Of a stretch of 64,000 nt of DNA, positions 20,601 to 31,312 are shown piece after piece. Below the pieces are notes generated by a model, which was not told the DNA's origin, did no database searches, and saw nothing but the letters and a program-made list of their open reading frames with translations. Position numbers and translations under genes: made by a program. The stretch is from an uncultured Verrucomicrobiae bacterium (GTDB lineage Bacteria; Verrucomicrobiota; Verrucomicrobiia; Chthoniobacterales; UBA10450): NCBI GenBank assembly GCA_963735805.1, contig CAVTMK010000004.1, positions 544,001-608,000 on the forward strand. The letters are read 5' to 3'. The first letter of the stretch is position 1. The number at the start of each line of letters is the position of its first letter.

Positions 20601-21668
20601 ATGGCCGGTCTCGGCGTGGATAATGTTTCGGTGTTCTTTCTCGCTGAAGGCGAACAACCCGCGGACGAAGTCATGGCGCGGCTGACCACGTTTATACGCG
20701 GGGCGAAGCAGACTCTCGACTTTGCGATTTACGACATGCGATTCAGTGATCCGCTGAAAGGTTCACTAAGTTCCGCTTTGCGGGAGCGCGCGGAGGCAGG
20801 CGTAAAAATCCGTTTTTGCTACGATGCCGACAAGCCGTTCCCACCAAATATCGCCGCTGGCCAGGACCCGGCCCCATCGGGAACGGGCGTCTTTGTGCAA
20901 TCGCTGGGTTATCCGTGGCGCCGCATCGCCGGAATGAAACTGATGCACAGCAAGTTCGTTCTACGCGATGGAGAGGCCGTCTGGACCGGCTCGGCCAACA
21001 TGACTGATGACGCCTTCACGTTAATGGAAAACAACGTTGTCGAAATCGACTCGCAGGCTTTAGCCAATTACTACGCCGAAGATTTCGAAGAGCTCTGGGA
21101 GAAACAAAACTTCGAGAACACGGGCGAGATCCACACACAGCCCGTGCCCGTGAGCTTTGCCGGTCAACCGGCTCAGGTGCGGGTCATGTTTTCTCCGGGT
21201 TGCGGTTTGGAAATCGATTCGGAGATCGCCAGGCGCGTGCGAGCAGCGCAGCGCCGCGTTCGGATCTGTAGCTTGCTGATCAACTCCGGAACGCTGATCG
21301 GCGAACTGGGCAATTTGATGCGTAACGGGCGCGTCGCCGTGGATGGCATCTACGATCGCACGCAAATGGAACAGGTTTACGTGCAGTGGCAGGAAGTGCC
21401 GCAAAACCGATGGAAAATCCCCGCGCTCAAAGAGATCATCGCCCGCGCCCCTCTGATCGGGAAAAACTCAACGCCTTACTCGGTGCCCGGCCGCCACAAT
21501 TACATGCACAACAAAGTTCTTGTGATCGACGATACGGTGATCACTGGTTCTTATAATTTTTCCAGGAGCGCGCAATTGAATGCCGAGAACATTCTCTTCA
21601 TCGAAAGCCCGCCGCTCGCGGATACCTACAGCGCGTACATCGATCATCTCTTGGAGAAGTACCGCTGA
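20601..21668 (+). CDS. phospholipase D-like protein
   Basis: Two HKD motifs: MHSKFVLRD...GSAN and MHNKVLVID...GSYN. Confidence 0.9.
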   Translation: MAGLGVDNVSVFFLAEGEQPADEVMARLTTFIRGAKQTLDFAIYDMRFSDPLKGSLSSALRERAEAGVKIRFCYDADKPFPPNIAAGQDPAPSGTGVFVQSLGYPWRRIAGMKLMHSKFVLRDGEAVWTGSANMTDDAFTLMENNVVEIDSQALANYYAEDFEELWEKQNFENTGEIHTQPVPVSFAGQPAQVRVMFSPGCGLEIDSEIARRVRAAQRRVRICSLLINSGTLIGELGNLMRNGRVAVDGIYDRTQMEQVYVQWQEVPQNRWKIPALKEIIARAPLIGKNSTPYSVPGRHNYMHNKVLVIDDTVITGSYNFSRSAQLNAENILFIESPPLADTYSAYIDHLLEKYR

Positions 21669-21762
21669 CCGTCTCAGCTCGTTTTTTAAAAAGCCGGATG
21701 CCAACGTTTCCGCTAAAATTAATATAGAGCGCCTTGCTGGAACCGCCTAAGTTCATGCCCCG

Positions 21763-24153
21763 ATGGCGGACGAACCGAAATCGAAACTTCGACTGGAAAT
21801 CGCCCATGTTCTTTTCATCGACATCGTGGGCTATTCCAAATTGCGCATTAACGAACAGAGCGCTCAGATTGATACGCTGCGTGAGATCGTGCGCGGAACC
21901 GACCAGTTCCGCGTCGCTGAAAGTGAAGGAAAGCTGCTGCGATTGCCAACCGGCGACGGCGGCGCGCTCGCCTTCCGCAACAACCCGGAAGCACCGGTGG
22001 TTTGTGCCGAGGAAATTGCCAAAGCGCTAAAGAGCCATCCCGAGATCCGGGTCCGCATGGGCATCCACAGCGGGCCGGTTAACGAAGTCACCGATTTGAA
22101 CGAGCAGGCGAACGTTGCCGGCGCCGGGATCAACATCGCGCAGCGCATCATGGATTGCGGTGACGCCGGTCACATTCTGGTATCGAAGCACGCCGCAGAA
22201 GACCTCGAGCAGTACGACCAATGGCAGCCGTATCTGCACGATCTTGGGGAATGTGAGGTGAAACACGGTGAGCGTTTGCAGGTTGTGAACTTTTACAACG
22301 CTGAGATCGGCAACCCTGCCGTCCCGGAAAAATTCATCAAGGGCGCGATGGCTGGAACGATGCCATCTGCAATCAAGAAGCGGCGTTCCTATTCGATCGC
22401 GGCGATGGTCGTCGGCGCGTTGATTGTCCTCGGGGCAACGAGCCTGTTTTTGGCAACTCGAACCACTTTTCGAAACATAAGGCGACCCGGCGAATCTGCA
22501 TCGCCCTCAGAAAAAAGCATTGCGGTGCTCCCGTTTGAGAATCTGAGCGACGACAAATCGAACGCATATTTTACCGACGGGATCCAGGACGAGATTCTAA
22601 CCAGGCTTTCGAAGATTGCCGCGCTTAAGGTCATTTCGCGCACCTCTACGCAGAAATACAAGAGTACGCCCGAGAACTTGCGTGAGGTCGGCCAACAGCT
22701 GGGTGTGGCGAATTTTCTCGAGGGTAGCGTGCAAAAAATCGCCAATGCCGTGCACGTCAATGTGCAGCTCATCCGCGCCGCGACGGACGAACATCTCTGG
22801 GCGGAAAGCTATAACCGCAAACTCGATGATGTGTTCGGAGTGGAAGGGGAGGTGGCGAGCGCCATCGCCGATCAATTGAATGCGAAGCTTTCCGGAGCTG
22901 AGCAGAAAGCCGTCGCAGATAAGCCAACACAAAATGCCCCCGCCTACGACGCTTATCTCCGTGGCCTGAGCATTGAGCATAACAATTATAACTACGACGC
23001 GTATGTACAAGCCGAGCGCAATTACCAGCGTGCTGTGGAACTGGATCCAAATTTCGCCCTGGCCTGGGCCCGCTTGGCCATCCTGGGCAGCTTTCTCAAC
23101 TTCAATGCGATCGACCCGAACACGTATACCGCCGATTCGGTCAAGCAGGCCGCTGATCGCGCCATTGCCCTTGCCCCCGATGCAGGTGAGTCGTGGATCG
23201 CACAGGGGTCGTATCGCTACCGCATTCTGCGCGACTTCAACAGCGCGCTCGCTGCGTACGACGAGGCACGAAAGCGATTGCCGAGCAGCGCGCTGGTATA
23301 TGAGTATCGCGGATTTGTTCTGCGGCGGCTCGGCCGGTGGCAGGAAGCCGAAGCGAGCTACAAAAAAGCGATCGAGCTTGATCCGCGCGACGTCCAGTTG
23401 CTGACTTCGGTGGGCAACGAGTTTTATCTGTATTTGCGGCGGTTCGACGACGCCTTGGCCAGTATTGATCGTGCTTTGCAAATCGCACCCGACGCCGCAG
23501 GCGAGCACGCCAACAAGGCGGTCGTGCTGCAAGCGGCGGGCCGGATCGACGAAGCGCGTCAGGAGCTCGCGCTAATTCCGGATGACGTCCTGGATGACTG
23601 GGTTGTCGCGGCCCGCGTTACCCAGGCCATGTATGAACGCCGTTTCGGTGAGGCAATCAATATCGTGGATCGGAAATTGAAATCGCTCGCGCCGAATCAA
23701 CCTCTTGATTCGTTCGCAAAAGCATTCCTCGTGCAAATGGGCCAGTGCCAGGACTGGTTAGGCCAGCATGAGGCGGCGCGACAGACATTCGAACGCGCAG
23801 TGCGCGAGATTAAACCAACACCGGACACTGTTGTGGGACCCGATGCAAACGGCACACCGAGCGTTCTCGCTCAGGCCTACGCCGGTCTGAACGAAAAAGA
23901 GAAAGCTTTGCAGCAGGCCGCGCAGGCGGTGAAAGATTATGACGGAGACGCAGTCAATCAGCCGCAGGCTGAAGTGCCACTTGCGCAGATCCAGGCGCGC
24001 TTCGGCGATATCGATTTAGCCATCGCGGCATTGCCGCATCTGCTTGAAACTCCGGCGGGAGTCACGGTTGCGAATCTAAAATTCGATCCGCTCTGGGATC
24101 CGCTGCGCAAGGATCCGCGTTTCGAAAAACTCTGCGAAAATCCTGACAAATGA
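21763..24153 (+). CDS. class III adenylate/guanylate cyclase + TolB-like + TPR protein
   Basis: FIDIVGYS, TGDG, RMGIHSG; SIAVLPFENLS; TPR repeats; WDPLRKDPRF end. Confidence 0.9.
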   Translation: MADEPKSKLRLEIAHVLFIDIVGYSKLRINEQSAQIDTLREIVRGTDQFRVAESEGKLLRLPTGDGGALAFRNNPEAPVVCAEEIAKALKSHPEIRVRMGIHSGPVNEVTDLNEQANVAGAGINIAQRIMDCGDAGHILVSKHAAEDLEQYDQWQPYLHDLGECEVKHGERLQVVNFYNAEIGNPAVPEKFIKGAMAGTMPSAIKKRRSYSIAAMVVGALIVLGATSLFLATRTTFRNIRRPGESASPSEKSIAVLPFENLSDDKSNAYFTDGIQDEILTRLSKIAALKVISRTSTQKYKSTPENLREVGQQLGVANFLEGSVQKIANAVHVNVQLIRAATDEHLWAESYNRKLDDVFGVEGEVASAIADQLNAKLSGAEQKAVADKPTQNAPAYDAYLRGLSIEHNNYNYDAYVQAERNYQRAVELDPNFALAWARLAILGSFLNFNAIDPNTYTADSVKQAADRAIALAPDAGESWIAQGSYRYRILRDFNSALAAYDEARKRLPSSALVYEYRGFVLRRLGRWQEAEASYKKAIELDPRDVQLLTSVGNEFYLYLRRFDDALASIDRALQIAPDAAGEHANKAVVLQAAGRIDEARQELALIPDDVLDDWVVAARVTQAMYERRFGEAINIVDRKLKSLAPNQPLDSFAKAFLVQMGQCQDWLGQHEAARQTFERAVREIKPTPDTVVGPDANGTPSVLAQAYAGLNEKEKALQQAAQAVKDYDGDAVNQPQAEVPLAQIQARFGDIDLAIAALPHLLETPAGVTVANLKFDPLWDPLRKDPRFEKLCENPDK

Positions 24154-25940
24154 GAGAAATTCCTGGCCTTCATCTACCGCGCCAAACAAGAACTTATATC
24201 AAAACCGCCGTTTTGCTTGGTGCCGCAGCGCTGTCGTGCGTCCCGTGTCTTGCCAATGCGGAAAGCGTAGATGACAGGCTGCGCGCCATCTACACAGAAG
24301 AATGGAAATGGCGGCTGGAGCAGTTCCCCGGGCTCGAAGGAGTCGAAAAACCGGTCCCCGATCGTCTGCCAAGGGTAGATCTGGCGGCGCAGGAGACGCG
24401 ACTACGTTACTGGCAGGATGTGCTGCACAAGCTCGATGATGTTTCGCGCGCCCAGCTCTCGCCCGAGGTGCAGATCAACTACGATGTTTATCGGCCGGAA
24501 ATTGAGGATTTCGTCGCGGACGAGAAATTCCGTGACTACGAAATGCCGGCGAACTCGGATTCTGCTTTCTGGACCGATGTGGGCGAGACCGCGCGGCGAC
24601 CTTTCAAGACGCTGACGGATTACAAAAACTGGATCGCGCAGATGCGCGACATCCCGCGTTATTTCCGTGAACAAATCGCCAACATGCGGGCAGGGCTTGC
24701 GCGCGGTTTCACGCCGCCACGCCTCACTTTGCAGGGACGCGAGAAATCCATCGGCACCATTGCGGAGGGTAAACCCGAAGACAATCTGCTCTACACACCA
24801 TTCCGGGAACCGATGGTAGGAGTTCAGCCGTCCGACCAGGAGAAGCTCAAGTCCGAAGCCGCGCAGGTGATTCGTGAGATCGTGCAGCCGGCGTATGCCG
24901 ACCTGCTCAAATTCTTCCGGGACGAATATGTGCCGCACACCCGCACCACGCTTGCTGCCGAAGAGTTGCCGGAGGGGAAAACGTACTATCGCCAGAAAAT
25001 CCGCGAGTTTGTGACGCTCGATCTCTCGCCCGACGAAATTCACAAGATCGGCGTGTCGGAGGTTGCCAAATTACATCAACAGATGGTCGACGCGATGCAC
25101 GAATCCGGGTTCAAAGGCGAGTTTCCGGAATTTCTGAAGTTTCTCCGTGACGATCCGCAGTTCTACGCCAAAACACCGAAGGAGCTGCTCAATCGCGCCG
25201 CCTGGATTGCGAAAGTATTCGACGGCAAATCGTCGCAATACTTTGGTTATCTGCCGCGGATGCGTTTCACCATCAAACCCGTTCCGGCCGATCTCGCGCC
25301 GTTTTATACTTCAGGCCGTGGCGGTCCGGGCATTTATCTTCTGAACACATACGATCTGCCGCATCGCCCGCTCTACAATCTGCCTGCGTTGACCCTCCAC
25401 GAGTCCGCACCCGGACACGCATTCCAGATTCCGATCGCGCTCGAGCACAAGAACCAACCGGAATTTCGGCGGTTCGATTACATTTCCGCGTACGGCGAAG
25501 GTTGGGCGCTTTATTGCGAAAAGCTGGGCCTGGAAATGGGAATGTACGAGACGCCATACGAGCGTTTCGGGATGCTGGGTTACCAGATCTGGCGCGCGGT
25601 GCGGCTGGTTGTCGACACTAGCCTCCATTCACAGGGTTGGACACGCGAACAGGCGCTCAAGTACATGCACGATTACACCGCGCTACCCGAGCATGAGATC
25701 GAAACTGAAGTGGACCGTTACATCGCCTGGCCCGGGCAAGCCCTCTCTTATTATATGGGCGAGCTCGCGATCGTGCGTGCCCGCGAAAAGGCGGAGAAAA
25801 CGCTCGGAGCGAAATTCAACATCCGCGCGTTCCACGATGCGGTGCTCGAGCTGGGCTCGGTACCGCTGCCCGTGGTCACGGCGCGGATCGACCGCTTCAT
25901 CGCCGAAGGCGGTAAAGGTCCTTACCCGGATATGGAGTAG
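24150..25940 (+). CDS. DUF885 family protein (putative metallopeptidase)
   Basis: HESAPGH, YGEGWALY, EVDRYIAWPGQALSY. Confidence 0.9.
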   Translation: MREIPGLHLPRQTRTYIKTAVLLGAAALSCVPCLANAESVDDRLRAIYTEEWKWRLEQFPGLEGVEKPVPDRLPRVDLAAQETRLRYWQDVLHKLDDVSRAQLSPEVQINYDVYRPEIEDFVADEKFRDYEMPANSDSAFWTDVGETARRPFKTLTDYKNWIAQMRDIPRYFREQIANMRAGLARGFTPPRLTLQGREKSIGTIAEGKPEDNLLYTPFREPMVGVQPSDQEKLKSEAAQVIREIVQPAYADLLKFFRDEYVPHTRTTLAAEELPEGKTYYRQKIREFVTLDLSPDEIHKIGVSEVAKLHQQMVDAMHESGFKGEFPEFLKFLRDDPQFYAKTPKELLNRAAWIAKVFDGKSSQYFGYLPRMRFTIKPVPADLAPFYTSGRGGPGIYLLNTYDLPHRPLYNLPALTLHESAPGHAFQIPIALEHKNQPEFRRFDYISAYGEGWALYCEKLGLEMGMYETPYERFGMLGYQIWRAVRLVVDTSLHSQGWTREQALKYMHDYTALPEHEIETEVDRYIAWPGQALSYYMGELAIVRAREKAEKTLGAKFNIRAFHDAVLELGSVPLPVVTARIDRFIAEGGKGPYPDME

Positions 25941-25942
25941 TT

Positions 25943-26035
25943 GTAGCCCGCCGCGCTGAGGCCGGGTTCCTACTTGTAGCCGGCGGCGCTGACGCCGGTT
26001 TTTCAGCTGTAGTGGCGGCTGTCGTCAGCGGCAGG
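25943..26035. repeat. cluster of three GTAG-tagged REP hairpins
   Basis: gtagcccgccgcgctgaggccggg, gtagccggcggcgctgacgccgg, gtagtggcggctgtcgtcagcggc. Confidence 0.7.
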
Positions 26036-26166
26036 GTACCCGTGATCTTTGGGTGTTGGACGGAGGACCTATCCAGCGATTTTTTCGCGTATCGGTCGAT
26101 GGCGAAAGACGTTGATGCCTCCGACGAAACTTTCGTCGCGCCTTGCCTGCTGCCTCTGCAGCGGTA

Positions 26167-28209
26167 TCACGGTCTTGGCGGCGGAGTCGGCTTGGGCCTT
26201 GGTGTCGGACGAGGCCTTGGTGAAGGAGTGGGCCTTGGCGTGGCGGTGGCTGTTGGTGTTGGAGTAGACGTTGGAGTGGGAGTTACACTTGGGGTTGGTG
26301 TTGGCGTTTGACCTCCAGTCACATCCAGGAACGCCGCACTGATCGGCCCCCAGGTCTGGAAGCCCTCGAAGTCGCTCACCCCGCGTCCCTGCACGAAGAT
26401 AATGTGGCGGCCTGCCGACAAGCTGGCAGTGTCTATCGTTGCGTCGACGGCCACGGTAGGCGAATTGAACGAGCCGTTCATTGGGATGGCCGTGCCACCA
26501 GCCCAGGGAGGCGTGTCAATGTAATATTCTGCTGCGCCCACGTTCTGGCTGAATGCGTTATTTGACCAGGCGAAGTTAATGCTGGCGGTTAGCTGTGATG
26601 GCACGCCTTGCGGCACCGATGCCGGGTTGGTGACAACGGTGTTGGTATCTGGTCCGTGCGAAGTCAGATACGGCGTGCGCGCGATCTTCGCCAGGTAAAG
26701 AAGCATTCCCCGATTCTCAGGCCAAAGACCCTGCGACGAGCCGCAACCGGGATTATCTATGCACGAATAGGAGGGGAGGAAGTCCTGACCGCCCAACTCG
26801 GTGGAGAAAGCCGCCATGCCCAGCTCACCGTACGCCCAGTCAATCGAGCCTCCATCTACCGGGTATAACTCTTCGATGATCGAGCCATAGGGGTAACCGT
26901 TACCGCCCGCGTTCGGCGCGGCCATGTGCGCTGCGATGTTGCGCGTCTCAGCGTAGTTAGGCATCTGCGTCGCAGTCCAGCCCCACGTAAAGAGGTTGAC
27001 TGCCGCATCTGTGTGGATGTTCTGATACACGCCTGTGGCAGTGATAGGCGCCGGGTCGGTGTCGCCGGGGCCGCGCTGGTCGGGCACGAGGGTACGAATC
27101 ATGTTGACGATAGCCATGTCCTCCGGGTCCGATCCCGCCGACACCCCTCGATAGGTCTGGTCGCACACAAAACCGCTCGAGCCGTTGCAGCAGCCCCACT
27201 GGAAAGGGAAGTTGCGGTTGTTGTCTACGCCGAACTGGTCAAATGCTGTGGGAGGCCAGGAGCAGCCGTCGCCTCCGACGTTGTCGCCGTTCTTGCGATA
27301 GTAGTACGGGCTGTTGCCGTCGCCTCCCGCCTCGACGATGTGGTGGCCGTCGGGGTTGACTTCAGGCATAAGCCAGATGTCGTGATAGTCCACCAGCCAG
27401 CGAACGTCGGCATCGGTATCGTAGTTATTGAGCAGGTAGTCAATCATGCGCATGACGACTTCTGGCGTAGCGATTTCGCGGGCGTGTATATCGCCGTCCG
27501 CCCAGAAGACCGGTTTGGGTCCTGGTATGTTGCGGTTCGTGATGTGTAGCACGAACAGGTCGTAGCCGTTCCAGGGACTGGGTAGGACGCACGCGCCTGG
27601 ATTGGCCTTGCACCAGGAATCGCCGATGTCGATCTTCTCGACCAGATCTGGGAACTGCGCCACCTTCTGGTCGAGGAAGGCGTATATTTCTTCCACCGAC
27701 TTGTAGCCGCCGTAGAAAGTTTCGCGCAGGATTTGAGGGTCGCTAAGTTTGCGACTGCTGCTTTCGTCTATCTCCACACGGAGGCCGCGCGCCGTCAGGC
27801 CATAGTACACGTCGCGATTGTTGATTATGGTGAGATAGCCTCCTGTTGTGGGCACTTCTTCGGCGCTGAGTTCCTGGGCCAACCGGTCGCGCTCGGCGCG
27901 GTCGCGGAAGTAGACGCGCATTACCAGAGTGCCGTACTTCTCGGCAATTGGATTCTTGCCGCTTGTTGCCTGGGAGTGGACAGAGACGGTTGTAGTATCG
28001 TGATTGTTTGAAGCGTCAGGATTCTTCGCAACAATCTGCGATTTGCCGCTTCGGACACTCGGATGTTCGGGGTCAGCCGCCAAAGCGACACGCAAAGCGA
28101 CACCGGCCAGAGTGACTGCCGCGACGACGCCGAAGGCGCGAAAGACTGGCCTCGCTCGCGCCGATGTTTTCTTCGTCGCATTTCCTGTGTGAAGATAGTT
28201 GTTTTCCAT
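26167..28209 (-). CDS. M14 zinc carboxypeptidase with Pro/Thr linker and Pro/Arg tail
   Basis: IHARE, NRNF, GGSIDW...TE motifs; C-terminal (TP)n then RPTPRPKPTPPPRP. Confidence 0.88.
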   Translation of the reverse strand: MENNYLHTGNATKKTSARARPVFRAFGVVAAVTLAGVALRVALAADPEHPSVRSGKSQIVAKNPDASNNHDTTTVSVHSQATSGKNPIAEKYGTLVMRVYFRDRAERDRLAQELSAEEVPTTGGYLTIINNRDVYYGLTARGLRVEIDESSSRKLSDPQILRETFYGGYKSVEEIYAFLDQKVAQFPDLVEKIDIGDSWCKANPGACVLPSPWNGYDLFVLHITNRNIPGPKPVFWADGDIHAREIATPEVVMRMIDYLLNNYDTDADVRWLVDYHDIWLMPEVNPDGHHIVEAGGDGNSPYYYRKNGDNVGGDGCSWPPTAFDQFGVDNNRNFPFQWGCCNGSSGFVCDQTYRGVSAGSDPEDMAIVNMIRTLVPDQRGPGDTDPAPITATGVYQNIHTDAAVNLFTWGWTATQMPNYAETRNIAAHMAAPNAGGNGYPYGSIIEELYPVDGGSIDWAYGELGMAAFSTELGGQDFLPSYSCIDNPGCGSSQGLWPENRGMLLYLAKIARTPYLTSHGPDTNTVVTNPASVPQGVPSQLTASINFAWSNNAFSQNVGAAEYYIDTPPWAGGTAIPMNGSFNSPTVAVDATIDTASLSAGRHIIFVQGRGVSDFEGFQTWGPISAAFLDVTGGQTPTPTPSVTPTPTSTPTPTATATPRPTPSPRPRPTPRPKPTPPPRP

Positions 28210-28316
28210 TTTTGATTCTTTTTAGGTTTTGGTGAAACCCGTCGCCCATGTAGGTCCGTGGCGGGCTGCCGGTGAACGATATGGTGCCATCGGTCAAAGT
28301 GTCGAGCCAATACAAG

Positions 28317-28380
28317 CGCTCCGAGCGTTTTCTCCGCCTTTTCGCGGGCACGCACGATCGCGAGCTCGCCCATATAATAA
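28317..28380 (-). repeat. exact 64-bp inverted copy of DUF885 coding sequence 25748-25811
   Basis: Reverse complement equals ttattatatgggcgag...cgctcggagcg. Confidence 0.9.
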
Positions 28381-28525
28381 AAATCGTGAACGCCACCGGC
28401 TCGAGCGTTTGTTGGAAAACACCGGCAGCCGAAGCGAAATCGTAGGAGAAGCGCTGCATTAATCAGCATCGACCGCGCTCTTTGATTGGACGTCCGGCGT
28501 TGGGCGTTCGACGTTCGACCTTCCT

Positions 28526-30442
28526 ATGGCAGAGACGTCAATCGCGGTCATCGCGAGCGCGAACAACCTGTTCGTCAAATACGGCAGTCAGGTCGTCCTC
28601 GACGGCGCGACGATTGCCTTCAGGGAAGGCGAACACATTGGGCTTGTCGGCCGCAACGGCTCGGGCAAATCGACCTTCCTCCAGATCGCGGCGGGTGTGG
28701 TGCAAGCCGATTCAGGCGAATTCACACGCCGGCGTGATCTCGTCACTGGCTACATGCCACAACTTTCCGGCCTGGACGATGCGGCCACGGTCCATGCGAA
28801 CATTCTCAGCGGCGCGCAGCGGATTCTCGACCTCATCGCCGAATACGAACGCGCCCCGGGCGACAGCCCACTCAGCGCCACGCTCCTCGACCAGATTGGC
28901 GAGGCTGACGGTTGGAATCTGGAACATCGAATCAAGTCGCTCATCACGAATCTGCACGCGCCGGAATCCGATCGCGTCGTGGGCACGCTCTCCGGCGGGG
29001 AAAAACGCAGGGTCGCGCTTTGCCGGGCGCTTCTCGCGCGTCCTGATTTTCTGATTCTCGACGAACCGACCAACCATCTCGATACCGGCTCGATCGAATG
29101 GCTGGAGGATTTTCTCGCGCGTTATACCGGCACCTGTTTGTTCGTCACACACGATCGCTATTTTCTCGATCGCGTGGCGACGCGGATCGTCGAGCTGTCG
29201 CGTGGCAAGTTCATCAGCTACGACGGCAACTACACCGATTACCTGCTCGCGCGCGCGCAACGCCAGGCGGTCGAGGAGGCGCAGGAACATCAACGGCAGA
29301 AGTTTTTGAAACGGGAACTGCAATGGGTGAGAAAAGCGCCACGCGCGCGCCGGACGAAATCGGTGGACCGCGTGGAACGTTATTTCGAGATGGCCGCGCA
29401 GGAAGCACCGGAGGCGGAGCTCGACGTCGAGTTGATTATCCCCACGCCGCCGAAGCTCGCGAATCGCATCATTGAATTGCGCGACGTGAGTGTGGAGTTG
29501 GGCGGCCGAACGCTTTTCCAGCACGTGAATCTCAATCTCACAGCCGGGGAACGTCTCGGTGTTGTCGGCCGCAACGGACTCGGCAAATCTTCGCTCCTCA
29601 AGGTCATTCTGCAGGAATTGCCCGCCGCCAGCGGTGTGGTGGAGATCGGCGCGAGGACCCAGATCAATTACGTCGATCAAAACCGGCTCCTGCTCGACGA
29701 CGAGAAAACGGTTTGGGAAGAAGTCGGCAGCGGCGGAGAACACGTCACCCTCGGCGAGGAGAGCATCACCTTGCGGGCTTATCTGCGGCGATTTCTTTTC
29801 AGCGAAGATCGCATCAACACGAAGATTTCGCAGCTCAGCGGCGGCGAACGGAGCCGGGTACTGTTGGCAAAAATCCTGAAGCGAGGCGGCAACGTTTTGA
29901 TGCTCGACGAACCGACGAACGATCTCGATCTCGGAACATTGCGCTTGCTCGAGGAAGCGCTCGTCGCCTTTGGCGGCTGCGTCATCGTAGTGAGTCATGA
30001 TCGCTATTTTTTGAATCGCGTTTGCACCTCGATCCTCGCCTTCGAAGGCGAAGGCCGCGTGGCCTATAGCGTCGGAAACTACGATTACTACCTGGAAAAA
30101 CGAGACGCATCCGGTTCGATTCGCGATTCATACCCTACGCCGGCCGGAGGCGCCGCCCAGCAAACAAAAAGCAAAGACAAACCGCGGAAGCTAAAGTGGA
30201 AAGAAGAGCGTGAATGGGCGTCGATGGAGGCGAATATTCTCGCGGCGGAAAACGCGGTGTCGGATTTGGAGGCCGCATTTGCCGCGCCGGATTTTTATGC
30301 GAAACCGCGCTCGGAGATTTTCGAGTTGGAGACGCAATTGAAAACGGCACGGGACAAAGTCGCGCACCTCTACGCGCGGTGGCAGGAACTCGAACTTCTG
30401 CAAAGCGTCCCGCGGACGACGGAGACTAGCTCCGACATGTAA
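28526..30442 (+). CDS. uup: ABC-F ATPase, Uup-like
   Basis: Two ABC domains (GRNGSGKS, LSGGE, LDEPTN), no TM, C-terminal KLKWKE...YARWQELE. Confidence 0.85.
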   Translation: MAETSIAVIASANNLFVKYGSQVVLDGATIAFREGEHIGLVGRNGSGKSTFLQIAAGVVQADSGEFTRRRDLVTGYMPQLSGLDDAATVHANILSGAQRILDLIAEYERAPGDSPLSATLLDQIGEADGWNLEHRIKSLITNLHAPESDRVVGTLSGGEKRRVALCRALLARPDFLILDEPTNHLDTGSIEWLEDFLARYTGTCLFVTHDRYFLDRVATRIVELSRGKFISYDGNYTDYLLARAQRQAVEEAQEHQRQKFLKRELQWVRKAPRARRTKSVDRVERYFEMAAQEAPEAELDVELIIPTPPKLANRIIELRDVSVELGGRTLFQHVNLNLTAGERLGVVGRNGLGKSSLLKVILQELPAASGVVEIGARTQINYVDQNRLLLDDEKTVWEEVGSGGEHVTLGEESITLRAYLRRFLFSEDRINTKISQLSGGERSRVLLAKILKRGGNVLMLDEPTNDLDLGTLRLLEEALVAFGGCVIVVSHDRYFLNRVCTSILAFEGEGRVAYSVGNYDYYLEKRDASGSIRDSYPTPAGGAAQQTKSKDKPRKLKWKEEREWASMEANILAAENAVSDLEAAFAAPDFYAKPRSEIFELETQLKTARDKVAHLYARWQELELLQSVPRTTETSSDM

Positions 30443-30507
30443 TTATTCTTGAATCCAAACCGACGATGCGCTGCACCACATAAGTGACTACCGGACCGAG
30501 CACGGCC

Positions 30508-31236
30508 ATGACAAGCGACGTCCCGAATTTGCCAGAGAACGTTCCTGCGCTCCCTCCGGAAGCCCGAGCTGCACCGCCGCCTGACGATCCCGTCGCCACA
30601 CAACTGCGCGGATTCGGGCCGCTTGGACTTCTCTCGATTCTCGTCATTGTCTTGACGTCTGTCGTTAAACCACTCGGCGGCCTTTTGGTGCTTCTGTGGG
30701 CCTGGCGATCGCATACGCCATGGCGCGAAATCGGCTACGTGCGACCAAGGAGCTGGATTGGCAGCCTTGCCGTCGGCGTCGTTTTCGGCTGCGTGTTTAA
30801 ACTCCTGATGAAGGCGATCGTGATGCCGCTGCTGGGCGCGCCTGAAATCAATTCCGCCTACCATTACGTGATAGGAAACCGGGCTGCGCTCCCCGGATTG
30901 GTGTTCACGATGATTGTCGGCGCGGGCTTTGGAGAAGAGACCATTTTCCGAGGATTCCTGTTCGAACGCCTCGGCAAGCTTTTTGGGACCGGCGCCAGCG
31001 CAAAAGTATTAATCGTGCTGCTCACCTCCGCGTTGTTTGCACTGGGACATTATGCCAACCTGGGGCTTCCCGGCGTCGAACAGGCGATGATCACGGGCCT
31101 CGTCTTCGGGGCGATCTTCGCCGTCACGGGCCGGATCTGGATGGTGATGTGCGCGCATGCCGCGTTCGATCTAACGGCGGTCGCGATAATTTATTGCAAT
31201 CTCGAAGCCGCTGTCGCTCACCTCGTGTTCAAATAG
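30508..31236 (+). CDS. CPBP/Abi family intramembrane protease
   Basis: EETIFRG, FALGH, HAAFD. Confidence 0.85.
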   Translation: MTSDVPNLPENVPALPPEARAAPPPDDPVATQLRGFGPLGLLSILVIVLTSVVKPLGGLLVLLWAWRSHTPWREIGYVRPRSWIGSLAVGVVFGCVFKLLMKAIVMPLLGAPEINSAYHYVIGNRAALPGLVFTMIVGAGFGEETIFRGFLFERLGKLFGTGASAKVLIVLLTSALFALGHYANLGLPGVEQAMITGLVFGAIFAVTGRIWMVMCAHAAFDLTAVAIIYCNLEAAVAHLVFK

Positions 31237-31312
31237 CCGCGGGGTTGCCTAACAATACACTCCGGTCCTCCTATCGTATGCCGCTTATGATGCATAGGGC
31301 GACGAAGGCGGA

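Noticed and set aside
28712..29998. 428-aa antisense ORF (and similar shadows such as 3648..4598 and 22597..23532)
   Set aside because: Shadows of well-supported genes in GC-rich DNA; no recognisable motifs.
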